Shown one piece after another: positions 10,052-17,353 of a stretch of 26,869 nucleotides of DNA. This DNA is from an uncultured Sphingobacteriaceae bacterium (GTDB lineage: Bacteria > Bacteroidota > Bacteroidia > SpSt-205). Each line of letters starts with the position of its first letter. The first letter of the stretch is position 1. The position numbers and the translations under genes are program-made. The stretch is taken from the NCBI GenBank assembly GCA_964655255.1, contig CAZZMF010000001.1, forward strand, positions 1 to 26,869. The letters run 5' to 3'. A model generated the notes under the pieces. That model searched no databases. It saw nothing but the letters and a program-made list of their open reading frames with translations, and had not been told where the DNA came from.

Positions 10052-11477
10052 TGTCCTCTGGGCGCAGCGAGCCACTTTTGTATATGCGCTTTGGGACTTA
10101 GACTTTGAGGCGGCAGAACGCGAAGTGGCTGCCGAATGGAATGGTTCCTACATCACTTGGGACCAGCACCGTATTGCCTTCTTCAAGGCTCTTTTCCCAG
10201 TGCATCCAAGTGACCGTAAGGCATTCTGGGAGGTCACTCAGCTTACGGAGCGGCTCTTTGAGCGCCAGATAGCGCCGGTCCTCCCCGAACTGGCGGCAGA
10301 TATGTATGCCCAGAGAGCGATCATTCATGTTTTGGAGCAGAACTGGTTTTCGGCGGGATATGCGGCATGGAAAAGTTGGCGCCTTCTGCAAAAAGGTGTA
10401 GAAAAGGATCCTTTGACCCATCAGTGGCGGGGGCTATGGCAGGTGATATTTGCGACGCTGCCCCCACCGTATGGAGACTGGCTGCCGGGTAAGCCAGAGA
10501 GCCGCTGGCAAAGTGCTCTCGCTGCTTTGCGCCGAGCCAGTGCTCTCAACGAATACATGGCATGGGAGAGTAGCTTGCTCTATTTCTATGTGCTGCGAAA
10601 CCTGGATACGCTTGCTTCCTTGTGGTTAGATACTTGTCGTCGTCAGCTTTTTTCGCAGCGGGAGCCGCCTTTTCTGTGGAAGTTTTCCGTAGCTTTGTAT
10701 GCCTTAGAGGAGGGGCGGTTTGCTGAAGCAGAGACGCTATTGCGTACCCTAACGCTGCGCCCTCAGATTAGTCGCTTTCCTTATCCGTATTACTGGCTTG
10801 GGAAGCTTTATTTGTACATGGGGCGCTGGGATGCGGCGCTCGCTGCATGGAATGCATTTACAGATATTCAAGGACAGCCATTTGGCGTTGCAGCCGTACA
10901 AGCTTGGTCTGGATATATTGCTTTTCTCAAAGGGGACACGACGCGCGCTCGGGCATATTGGCAGCGGGCGGTGGGTTACCAGAGTTTGCTATGGGAAGAA
11001 GACCTTTTTGCCCAAGGGCTCGCGCGGCAGTGGTTATTAGTCCCGCCAGATACCGTAGAAATGCGTCTCTGGGCAGCGCGGTGGCTTCTGCATGGAAAAT
11101 CCTATGCCGCTGCACAAGATACCTTAGAACCCCTTCGTGTGCAGATCCATCGGCTTTCTGGCGATCAGCGTACGGCACTTTATTACACTTATGGGCGCTT
11201 GTATCACCGCTCTCAACGGGAAGAGCCTGCGCGCTTTGCTTATTATCAAGCTACTCGCCAAGTTGCCCAGCAAAACCGCTGGATGCAAGCCTATGCCGCT
11301 TTGTATTTAGCGCAGCTTTATGAGCGAGTGGGCGACTGGCATAATGCCCGCCTGTATTACAAGGAAGCTGAAAAAGTAGGCATAGAAACGGGGCGGACAG
11401 GCGTCATCCAAAAAGCCCGCGGGGGTTATGCCCGCGTCAAGGATAAGCGCTATGTCGTGCCAGGGGAAAAGCAGTGA
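10011..11477 (+). CDS. Secreted TPR-repeat protein, function unknown
   Basis: Signal peptide MRSFTLRWLSLCLSVLWA|Q and TPR-like helix pairs (YYWLGKLYLYMGRWDAALAAW; YAALYLAQLYERVGDWHNARLYYKEA). Overlaps the upstream gene by 41 nt. Confidence 0.8.
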   Translation: MRSFTLRWLSLCLSVLWAQRATFVYALWDLDFEAAEREVAAEWNGSYITWDQHRIAFFKALFPVHPSDRKAFWEVTQLTERLFERQIAPVLPELAADMYAQRAIIHVLEQNWFSAGYAAWKSWRLLQKGVEKDPLTHQWRGLWQVIFATLPPPYGDWLPGKPESRWQSALAALRRASALNEYMAWESSLLYFYVLRNLDTLASLWLDTCRRQLFSQREPPFLWKFSVALYALEEGRFAEAETLLRTLTLRPQISRFPYPYYWLGKLYLYMGRWDAALAAWNAFTDIQGQPFGVAAVQAWSGYIAFLKGDTTRARAYWQRAVGYQSLLWEEDLFAQGLARQWLLVPPDTVEMRLWAARWLLHGKSYAAAQDTLEPLRVQIHRLSGDQRTALYYTYGRLYHRSQREEPARFAYYQATRQVAQQNRWMQAYAALYLAQLYERVGDWHNARLYYKEAEKVGIETGRTGVIQKARGGYARVKDKRYVVPGEKQ

Positions 11478-12829
11478 ATGGTATGGGGGATACAATAGTA
11501 GCTGTGGCGACAGCCTGGGCGCCGGCGGCTATAGGTATCGTCAGACTTAGTGGTCCTCAGGCGCTGGAGATTGTTTTGGCGTTTTGGGAAGGGAAAAAGC
11601 CTCGTCCGCGCCAAGCGCATTACGGCGTGCTCCGAGAAGCGGATGGAAGCCTTTTAGACCAAGTTTTGCTGACTTATTTTCCTGCGCCTCACTCCTATAC
11701 GGGCGAAGATGTGGTTGAAATCGCCTGTCATGGCAGCTTGTATATTTTGCGGCGTGTGGTGGAGCGGTGCATAGAAGGCGGGGCTCGACTGGCGCGTCCG
11801 GGGGAGTTTTCGCTCCGAGCCTTCCTCAATCGCAAACTTTCCTTAGACCAAGCAGAAGCCGTAGCAGACCTCATCCAAGCCCAAAGCGCCGCCGCCCACC
11901 GTCTCGCCATGAGCCAGCTTACAGGCGCTTATTATGAGAAGGTGCGGCGATTTCGGGCGCAGCTCATAGAACTGCTCGCCCTCTTAGAGTTGGAGTTGGA
12001 TTTTAGTGAGGAGGATGTGGAGTTTGCCTCTCGGGCGCAGCTTGAAACCCTATTAGTAGCGATGCAGACAGAAATTCAAGCCCTATTGCGCTCTTATCGG
12101 GTCGGGCAAGCAGTGCGCCAAGGTATCCCTATCGCCATAGTCGGACGCCCTAATGCAGGCAAGTCTACCCTCCTCAACGCCCTGCTTGCCGAAGATAGAG
12201 CCATCGTTTCTGACCTTCCCGGCACTACACGCGATACAGTGGAGGAAAGGTTATTCTTAGGCGGATACGAACTGCGGCTGATAGATACCGCAGGATTGCG
12301 AGAAAATCCCGCCGATGCCATAGAAGCAGAAGGCATCCGAAGAGCAAGGGAAAAAGTACGGCAGGCATTCCTCATCTTATATGTATTTGATGCGGCGCAA
12401 GAGACCCTCACCGAAGCGCGTACCTATGCCCCAGCCCTCCTCGGCACTGAAAGTTTGCCGCCTATCATCTGGGTAGGAAATAAAGCTGATCTCCTCTCAG
12501 TATCACCAGCACCTGAGGCGGATGTGGTCTTTATCTCCGCTCGAAATGGAACAGGTCTGCAGGTGTTAGAAGCAGCGATTGTGCAGAAGTTGGAGGCGCT
12601 CGGTGCAGGGAGCGAAACCCTGATAGCGCACGCACGGCATTATGAGAGCTTTTCAAGGGCGCAGGTGGCTGTAGAGAGCGCCTTAGCGCTCCTGCGTAAC
12701 GGCGGGGGCACAGAACTTCTCGCAGAAGAACTCCGTGCCGCTCAAGCCGCCATCGGCGAGATCACAGGCGAAATCACCCCTGATGAAGTGCTTGGGCATA
12801 TTTTTTCTCATTTCTGCATCGGTAAATAA
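11474..12829 (+). CDS. mnmE: tRNA uridine-34 5-carboxymethylaminomethyl modification GTPase MnmE/TrmE
   Basis: DTIVAVAT, SYTGEDVVEIACHG, GRPNAGKS (G1), PGTTRD, DTAGLR, NKAD and terminal FSHFCIGK. Start is GTG 11474 or ATG 11483. Confidence 0.98.
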   Translation: MNGMGDTIVAVATAWAPAAIGIVRLSGPQALEIVLAFWEGKKPRPRQAHYGVLREADGSLLDQVLLTYFPAPHSYTGEDVVEIACHGSLYILRRVVERCIEGGARLARPGEFSLRAFLNRKLSLDQAEAVADLIQAQSAAAHRLAMSQLTGAYYEKVRRFRAQLIELLALLELELDFSEEDVEFASRAQLETLLVAMQTEIQALLRSYRVGQAVRQGIPIAIVGRPNAGKSTLLNALLAEDRAIVSDLPGTTRDTVEERLFLGGYELRLIDTAGLRENPADAIEAEGIRRAREKVRQAFLILYVFDAAQETLTEARTYAPALLGTESLPPIIWVGNKADLLSVSPAPEADVVFISARNGTGLQVLEAAIVQKLEALGAGSETLIAHARHYESFSRAQVAVESALALLRNGGGTELLAEELRAAQAAIGEITGEITPDEVLGHIFSHFCIGK

Positions 12830-12902
12830 TACCAAAGGGGCGCATTACTTTCCGCATCGCGCCAATACGGGTTGGGCTTCTTGGAGGTGGCGCTCGCAAA
12901 AT

Positions 12903-12940
12903 CTTCACAAGTCGGTGAAGCGGCTTCTCGCATAAGAAGC
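12903..12940. terminator. Two adjacent 6-bp hairpins in the convergent mnmE/moeB gap; possible weak terminator or RNA-stability element
   Basis: CTTCAC-aagtcg-GTGAAG (12903-12920) and GCTTCT-cgcata-AGAAGC (12923-12940). No clear U-tract. Confidence 0.25.
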
Positions 12941-13935
12941 TAACTTTGGATATTAGAACGAATGGCGAGCATGCCGTCTTTTAGGCTAAAAATGTCTTTG
13001 CGTCCGGTTTTCTTACGCAGCGCGTAAGCGATTTGACGGCTGCGGTTGCCAGCATCACAAAGCAAAATGATTGGCGAAGCGGGCAGTATCCAGTTGTCCC
13101 AGTCGTACCAGTTTTTTTGTTCGGCGGGGAAAGGCAGCGGAGAAGTGTTGTCGGTGCGGATATCTATCCAATAAGCGTCGGGGAGGGTGCGGGCTTGGGC
13201 AAAGGAAAGGTCTAAGGTCTCGGGTATAGACGGAGCGGGTAGCCAGAAGGTATGCGTTTCTCCTATGCGGAGGTCTATACGGAAGAGCCGATTGATGGGC
13301 GTGGAGAAGCGATCGGAAAGGTACTGGGCAGCGAGGGCAGCTTGCCAACTGCCGATGATGCCTGGCAGCGCGCCTAATACGCCGGCTTCTGCACAAGAAG
13401 GGGCTTCTATTCCTCTCCCGAAGAGTTCTGTGTATGCTACGCCTTCTATGAGGGCTACCTGCCCTTCCCACTGGAAGATAGCCCCATAGACCCAGGGCTT
13501 TCGCAGGGCGATGGCAGCGCTATCTATGGCAAGTCGACTTTGGAGGTTGTCTGTGCCATCTATCCAGATCTCTGCGCGGGCGCCGACTTCGCTGAGGAAG
13601 CGCTCATCTACCCACTCAGAGTAGCATTCTATGTGTAGGTCGGGACGAAGTCGCAAGAGAAAGTCGGATAAGACCTCTACTTTGGGGCGACCAATGGTGT
13701 CTGGGGTATAAAGGGGCTGACGGTGAAGGTTTTCCTCGGCGACGGTGTCAGGATCGGCCAACACTAATCGCCCAATCCCCATAGCGGCGAGGTATAAGGC
13801 AGCGGGCGTTCCTAAGCCCCCTACGCCAATAACGAGAGCTTCGGCAGTGGCCAGGGCTTGCTGATGCCAGCCAGGGAGCTTGATTTGGGCAAGGTATCTA
13901 CGGTTCTCCACGGATGCGGGCTTCTCCACGCTCAT
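12940..13935 (-). CDS. HesA/MoeB/ThiF-family adenylyltransferase with C-terminal rhodanese domain
   Basis: VIGVGGLG, DPDTVAEENLHRQ, GRPKV, IDGTDN, SCAEAGVLG, and rhodanese loop ILLCDAGNRS. The specific pathway (Moco, thiamine or thio-tRNA) cannot be determined from the window. Confidence 0.92.
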   Translation of the reverse strand: MSVEKPASVENRRYLAQIKLPGWHQQALATAEALVIGVGGLGTPAALYLAAMGIGRLVLADPDTVAEENLHRQPLYTPDTIGRPKVEVLSDFLLRLRPDLHIECYSEWVDERFLSEVGARAEIWIDGTDNLQSRLAIDSAAIALRKPWVYGAIFQWEGQVALIEGVAYTELFGRGIEAPSCAEAGVLGALPGIIGSWQAALAAQYLSDRFSTPINRLFRIDLRIGETHTFWLPAPSIPETLDLSFAQARTLPDAYWIDIRTDNTSPLPFPAEQKNWYDWDNWILPASPIILLCDAGNRSRQIAYALRKKTGRKDIFSLKDGMLAIRSNIQS

Positions 13936-15571
13936 ACACCCATATTCTAAAGCGGTAATGCTCGCATACAGGCGGTATAGTATAGAAGTTTAAGATGCCG
14001 GCGTATTCAGCTTGGGGCAGGCGTGCTCGTTCATACTGATGGGATAGCTTTGTGAGGAGGTTAGCGGCATCATACCCTTGGGCATGGAAGAAGGTGATCC
14101 GCTTGCCGTATTGAAGGCGAGCTTTTTGTTCAAAAGCGCTCCATAAAGTGCTGTCGGGTATGAGCGACTCAGGTATCCAAATCCGTAAGCGGCGGTAGTC
14201 GCGCAAGTCTGTCCGTCCAAAAAGCAGCCAGTTCTCCATGCCCATAATCAGTTTAGGGTTAGCGGCGCTATTCAACGCATGGAGGAGATAGCTCACGATT
14301 TCTTCCTGGGAGATGAAAACGCCGTACCACTGTGCCATCCCGAGGGAGTCGGTGAGCGCTTTCCATCGACTGATAAACCCTGCTAAGTTTCCGGGGACGG
14401 GGTAGGCAGGTACCCACTTACGCAGACGAAAGCCTTCTAACATGGCTTGAGCGAGGGGATCGCCTTCTTCATATAAGAGGATGCCTCCTTCCAGCCTTTC
14501 AGCGGCGATTTTATCGGCAAGTAGTGAGCCTGTGCAGTTCGCAGGTGGGGTGAGGGGTATAGCCATTCTGCGACGAGGATAAGCGGGGTTGATGGGGATA
14601 GCGTGCCAAATCCCATTTTTTTCGCAGAAGTCGGCGATAGGTTGATTGAGGCTCCAGGATACTTCACCCACGATGATGTCGGGCGGCTCGGTTGCCCATT
14701 CGTTGAGCAGTTCTTGAATGCGGAGGGGATTACGCTCGCTATCCTCAACGCGCACCACCCATGCGGCATAAGGAGAAGTTCCTGTGGTTAGCCCCAGTTC
14801 AAAGCCCTGCCAAAACTCTACAAAAGGCGAGAGCCGTTCCTGCGAAGCCATCAGGGGTAGCAGCAGAGTGACGCGAAGCGTTTCTATGGGGGTTCCCGCC
14901 ATGAGGGCGTCTAAATGCAGCGTGTTTGGCACTTCTCCGCAACTCTGCGTATGAAACCGCTCCCAGAGGCGCCAGAGCCGCCAGTGGCACCCCTGTCGCA
15001 GTTGATATGTGAGGGCAGGCTGTACGAAGGGATATAAGGTAGGATGTCCGTAAAACGCATAGTGCCACAGGCAGCCCAGGTCGCACTCTCGCCAGAAGAA
15101 GTGCTCTAATCGCCGTTCTACGGCGGCTCGGAGGTCTGGCGGGGTCGCGGGATTTTCTATTAGAGTGCGCAGAAGGTAGAGGGCGCCTTCTCGGGTAGGG
15201 GCTTGCTTGAGGAGGAGGTCAGCCCGCCAAAAAGTCGCTTCCATGCCATAGGGAGAAAGGGGATGGCGTTGGGAAAGGCTATACCATTCCCGAAGGGCTT
15301 CTTTTTCTCTGCCGCTTTTGGCGAAAAGGTAGCCTTGGAGCAGGGCGGCTTCCTGTCGTATTGCGCTATCGGGATGTTCTCGCGCCTGCGCCAAGAGGCG
15401 CTGGGCATTAACCGTCAAGCCGCGATTCAAGGCGTTATATACTTCTGGTAGCGGCGATGGCGGCTGTGCGTATAGCCCGATTCCGATCATCCAGAGAAGC
15501 CCTACACCCCACAGAGGCGGGCATGAACTGAAAAACCTTCTGCTCTGGCGGGCATCCATGGGTGCACTCAT
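13898..15571 (-). CDS. Secreted protein with N-terminal TPR helices and C-terminal type-I periplasmic-binding-like domain (LpoA/ABC substrate-binding-like)
   Basis: Start reassigned to ATG 15571 (or 15559), giving signal ...GVGLLWMIGIGLYA|Q. Motifs include TLLLPL...FVEFWQGFELGL, VEDSE, DIIVGEVS and FHAQGYDAANLL. The track's first 130 codons overlap DUF423 in another frame. Confidence 0.72.
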   Translation of the reverse strand: MSAPMDARQSRRFFSSCPPLWGVGLLWMIGIGLYAQPPSPLPEVYNALNRGLTVNAQRLLAQAREHPDSAIRQEAALLQGYLFAKSGREKEALREWYSLSQRHPLSPYGMEATFWRADLLLKQAPTREGALYLLRTLIENPATPPDLRAAVERRLEHFFWRECDLGCLWHYAFYGHPTLYPFVQPALTYQLRQGCHWRLWRLWERFHTQSCGEVPNTLHLDALMAGTPIETLRVTLLLPLMASQERLSPFVEFWQGFELGLTTGTSPYAAWVVRVEDSERNPLRIQELLNEWATEPPDIIVGEVSWSLNQPIADFCEKNGIWHAIPINPAYPRRRMAIPLTPPANCTGSLLADKIAAERLEGGILLYEEGDPLAQAMLEGFRLRKWVPAYPVPGNLAGFISRWKALTDSLGMAQWYGVFISQEEIVSYLLHALNSAANPKLIMGMENWLLFGRTDLRDYRRLRIWIPESLIPDSTLWSAFEQKARLQYGKRITFFHAQGYDAANLLTKLSHQYERARLPQAEYAGILNFYTIPPVCEHYRFRIWVYERGEARIRGEP

Positions 15572-15587
15572 GGTATCGGCTGCATGG

Positions 15588-15595
15588 CGAAAATA
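15588..15595 (-). promoter_or_regulatory. Candidate Bacteroidota -7 promoter element variant (TATTTTCG) for the LpoA-like/moeB unit
   Basis: One mismatch to TAnnTTTG, 16 nt upstream of ATG 15571, in a 56-nt intergenic gap. Confidence 0.4.
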
Positions 15596-15627
15596 CGCGA
15601 GATTTTGCCGCTGACGGTCAGGGAGCT

Positions 15628-15966
15628 TTATCGGGAGCGTAGCGCTAACCCACTGATGCCCAGCCAGGACACAATCAATAGCGTGCCGCCTGTTGGCGCT
15701 ACTATCGTGGCTCGTTCCACGCCCACCAGATAGCGCAGATATATACTTCCTGTAAAAAGGCTCACGCCCAGGATGAAGCCCACAGAGAGCAGGGTTTTGA
15801 GCAAGCTCTGTCTTTCCCGACTGAGCCAAAGCAGCACGGGTGCATGGAAAAGAGCAATATAAGCTGCTTGCTCCAGAGCAGGTATGGGTTGGACATGGGC
15901 ATATAGGGTGGCGCCTACCAGTCCGCCCGCTCCCACAAGGCCTGCTACGAAAATCTGCCACTGCAT
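15628..15966 (-). CDS. DUF423 (YgdD/TMEM256) family small membrane protein
   Basis: 112 aa, four hydrophobic segments. G.LVGA..AH, FHAPVLL, LFTGSIYL and APTGGTLLIVSW match the family pattern. Confidence 0.85.
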   Translation of the reverse strand: MQWQIFVAGLVGAGGLVGATLYAHVQPIPALEQAAYIALFHAPVLLWLSRERQSLLKTLLSVGFILGVSLFTGSIYLRYLVGVERATIVAPTGGTLLIVSWLGISGLALRSR

Positions 15967-15970
15967 ACCC

Positions 15971-15978
15971 CGAAGGTA
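15971..15978 (-). promoter_or_regulatory. Candidate -7 promoter element variant (TACCTTCG) for DUF423
   Basis: One mismatch to TAnnTTTG, 4 nt before the ATG. Confidence 0.5.
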
Positions 15979-16056
15979 CGCTGAAAAGGCGGGGTCAGCC
16001 TCTTCAGGTGAAAGGAACGCTTCCGCCCGAAAGCACGCTGAAAAGCCCCCTTGGGC

Positions 16057-16079
16057 TTATTTGGATTTATTCCAGACAA
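16057..16079. promoter_or_regulatory. 23-bp AT-rich imperfect palindrome; candidate Fur-type operator of the haem-uptake operon
   Basis: TTATTTGGA-TTTAT-TCCAGACAA, with 7 of 9 arm positions complementary. It overlaps a TTTG (16060-16063) at roughly the -33 position of the downstream promoter. Confidence 0.5.
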
Positions 16080-16085
16080 AATATT

Positions 16086-16093
16086 TACCTTTG
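16086..16093 (+). promoter_or_regulatory. Bacteroidota sigma-A -7 promoter element (TACCTTTG)
   Basis: Exact match to TAnnTTTG, 5 nt before ATG 16099, with a TTTG 22 nt further upstream. Confidence 0.7.
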
Positions 16094-16098
16094 TGCCC

Positions 16099-17352
16099 AT
16101 GCAAGACCTCATCAGCATCACATTAGCCTTCCTTGCGGGAGTGCTTGCCTGGGCAAATGCTCAGACCTTGCGTAGAGATACGGATACCGTCGTCATGGAG
16201 GCAGGGTATCGGTACCAAGTCTATTATCGGCTTAGCGATGGTCATCAGGCTACGGCGCTGCGGTGCGGTTGGCACTTGGCTTTTGAGGTGCCTATTCGGG
16301 GCGCTGCCATCCGAGCCAATCACCCCTGTGGCGTGACTGTGTATAAAACGACTCGCGATACTTCAGGCTGGGGGCAATTTTCCCTCGCAGACACTGTACA
16401 TCCACTCTATGATGACCTGTGTCAGTGGAGCGTCGGCGCCTTCAACGTCACAGCCAGTTCAAATCCATTTGATGTGGGATGGGGCGTGTATAACCTAAAC
16501 GACCACATCACCCGCGGTGACTCTCTATTTATTGTGCAAGTCGGCAATACCTTCAAAAAGCTCTGGATCCGGGAGCTGCGAGGGGCTGACTATATCATCC
16601 GCGTCGCTAACATGGACGGTTCTCAGGACACCACCTATGCAGTCAATAAATCCGTCGCTTCTGGTAGAAACTTCGTCTACCTCAATCTCCTCACCCATGA
16701 AGTGCTGAACTTGGAGCCGGCGTCGCAGGATTGGGACTTACTCTTTACGCAATACAGCAAGCTTTTGCCCGCAGGTCCTAATCAGTCGGTGCGTTATAAC
16801 CTTACGGGCGTCCTGCTGAATCTGGGAGTTCGGGCGGCGCGCGTAAGGCTCTCCTCCCAAGCGAATCCCGACACACTCACCCTTTCAGCCTATCCGCTGG
16901 ATAGCTGCATATCCGTGATTGGCGATGATTGGAAGCGCTTTGATACGCAGACTATGCAGTGGTATCTCGCTGATACGCTCTACTTCCTTGTGCAGGACCG
17001 GGCTGATAATCTCTGGCGCATAAGGTTCATTGGCTTTGGAGGGAGTGCTACGGGGGTGAGTGTAGTGGAAAAAGTACGCCTTCGCAGTGGGGCAGCTGGG
17101 TTATTGAGCACCTCAACTAAACCGCTTCGTGTATATCCGCAGCCTGCGCAGGAGGGAATCTATGTGGGGCTGCCTGTCCATAGTACCGCCGAAGTAGCCC
17201 TCTATACGCTCACTGGTCAAAAGCTATTCACTACGACGACGCATGGCGAAACAACCCTGTATTTGCCGCGTCCGAGCATACCGACGGGGCTTTACGTCCT
17301 GCAAGTCCGCTCGGGAACTAATATATGGACACAGCGAGTTATTTTTGAGTGA
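16099..17352 (+). CDS. T9SS type-A sorting-domain protein with two HmuY-like repeats; putative secreted hemophore
   Basis: Signal MQDLISITLAFLAGVLAWANA|Q. Two repeats of [VY..L...W(H/D)L.F]...[G.W..(Y/F).....]...[(F)(I/L)V......(K/W)..(I/F)]. C-terminal LRVYPQPAQEGIYV...LYTLTGQ...GLYVLQV...TQRVIFE is a type-A CTD. Start moved from TTG 16051 to ATG 16099 behind the promoter. Confidence 0.82.
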   Translation: MQDLISITLAFLAGVLAWANAQTLRRDTDTVVMEAGYRYQVYYRLSDGHQATALRCGWHLAFEVPIRGAAIRANHPCGVTVYKTTRDTSGWGQFSLADTVHPLYDDLCQWSVGAFNVTASSNPFDVGWGVYNLNDHITRGDSLFIVQVGNTFKKLWIRELRGADYIIRVANMDGSQDTTYAVNKSVASGRNFVYLNLLTHEVLNLEPASQDWDLLFTQYSKLLPAGPNQSVRYNLTGVLLNLGVRAARVRLSSQANPDTLTLSAYPLDSCISVIGDDWKRFDTQTMQWYLADTLYFLVQDRADNLWRIRFIGFGGSATGVSVVEKVRLRSGAAGLLSTSTKPLRVYPQPAQEGIYVGLPVHSTAEVALYTLTGQKLFTTTTHGETTLYLPRPSIPTGLYVLQVRSGTNIWTQRVIFE

Positions 17353-17353
17353 A

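Noticed and set aside
9419-10075. 218-aa antisense ORF, and the many other 60-200 aa shadow ORFs in the track
   Set aside because: They lie opposite or out of frame to well-supported genes and have no recognisable motifs. Antisense openness is expected for Glu/Gln/Lys-rich coding at this GC content.
15568-15585. Five-codon mini-ORF MQPIP whose stop overlaps the LpoA-like ATG (possible uORF)
   Set aside because: Its ATG is only 2 nt from the -7 element, so it would probably not be fully transcribed. Such short ORFs are expected by chance.
15572-15961. 130 extra open codons upstream of the LpoA-like gene, overlapping DUF423 in another frame (possible dual coding or fusion)
   Set aside because: The translation is not protein-like, DUF423 explains the codons, and a signal peptide plus promoter candidate sit at 15571-15595.
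17243-17353. 37-codon upstream extension of the TonB receptor ORF
   Set aside because: It overlaps the T9SS CTD coding region, and the signal peptide begins at ATG 17354.
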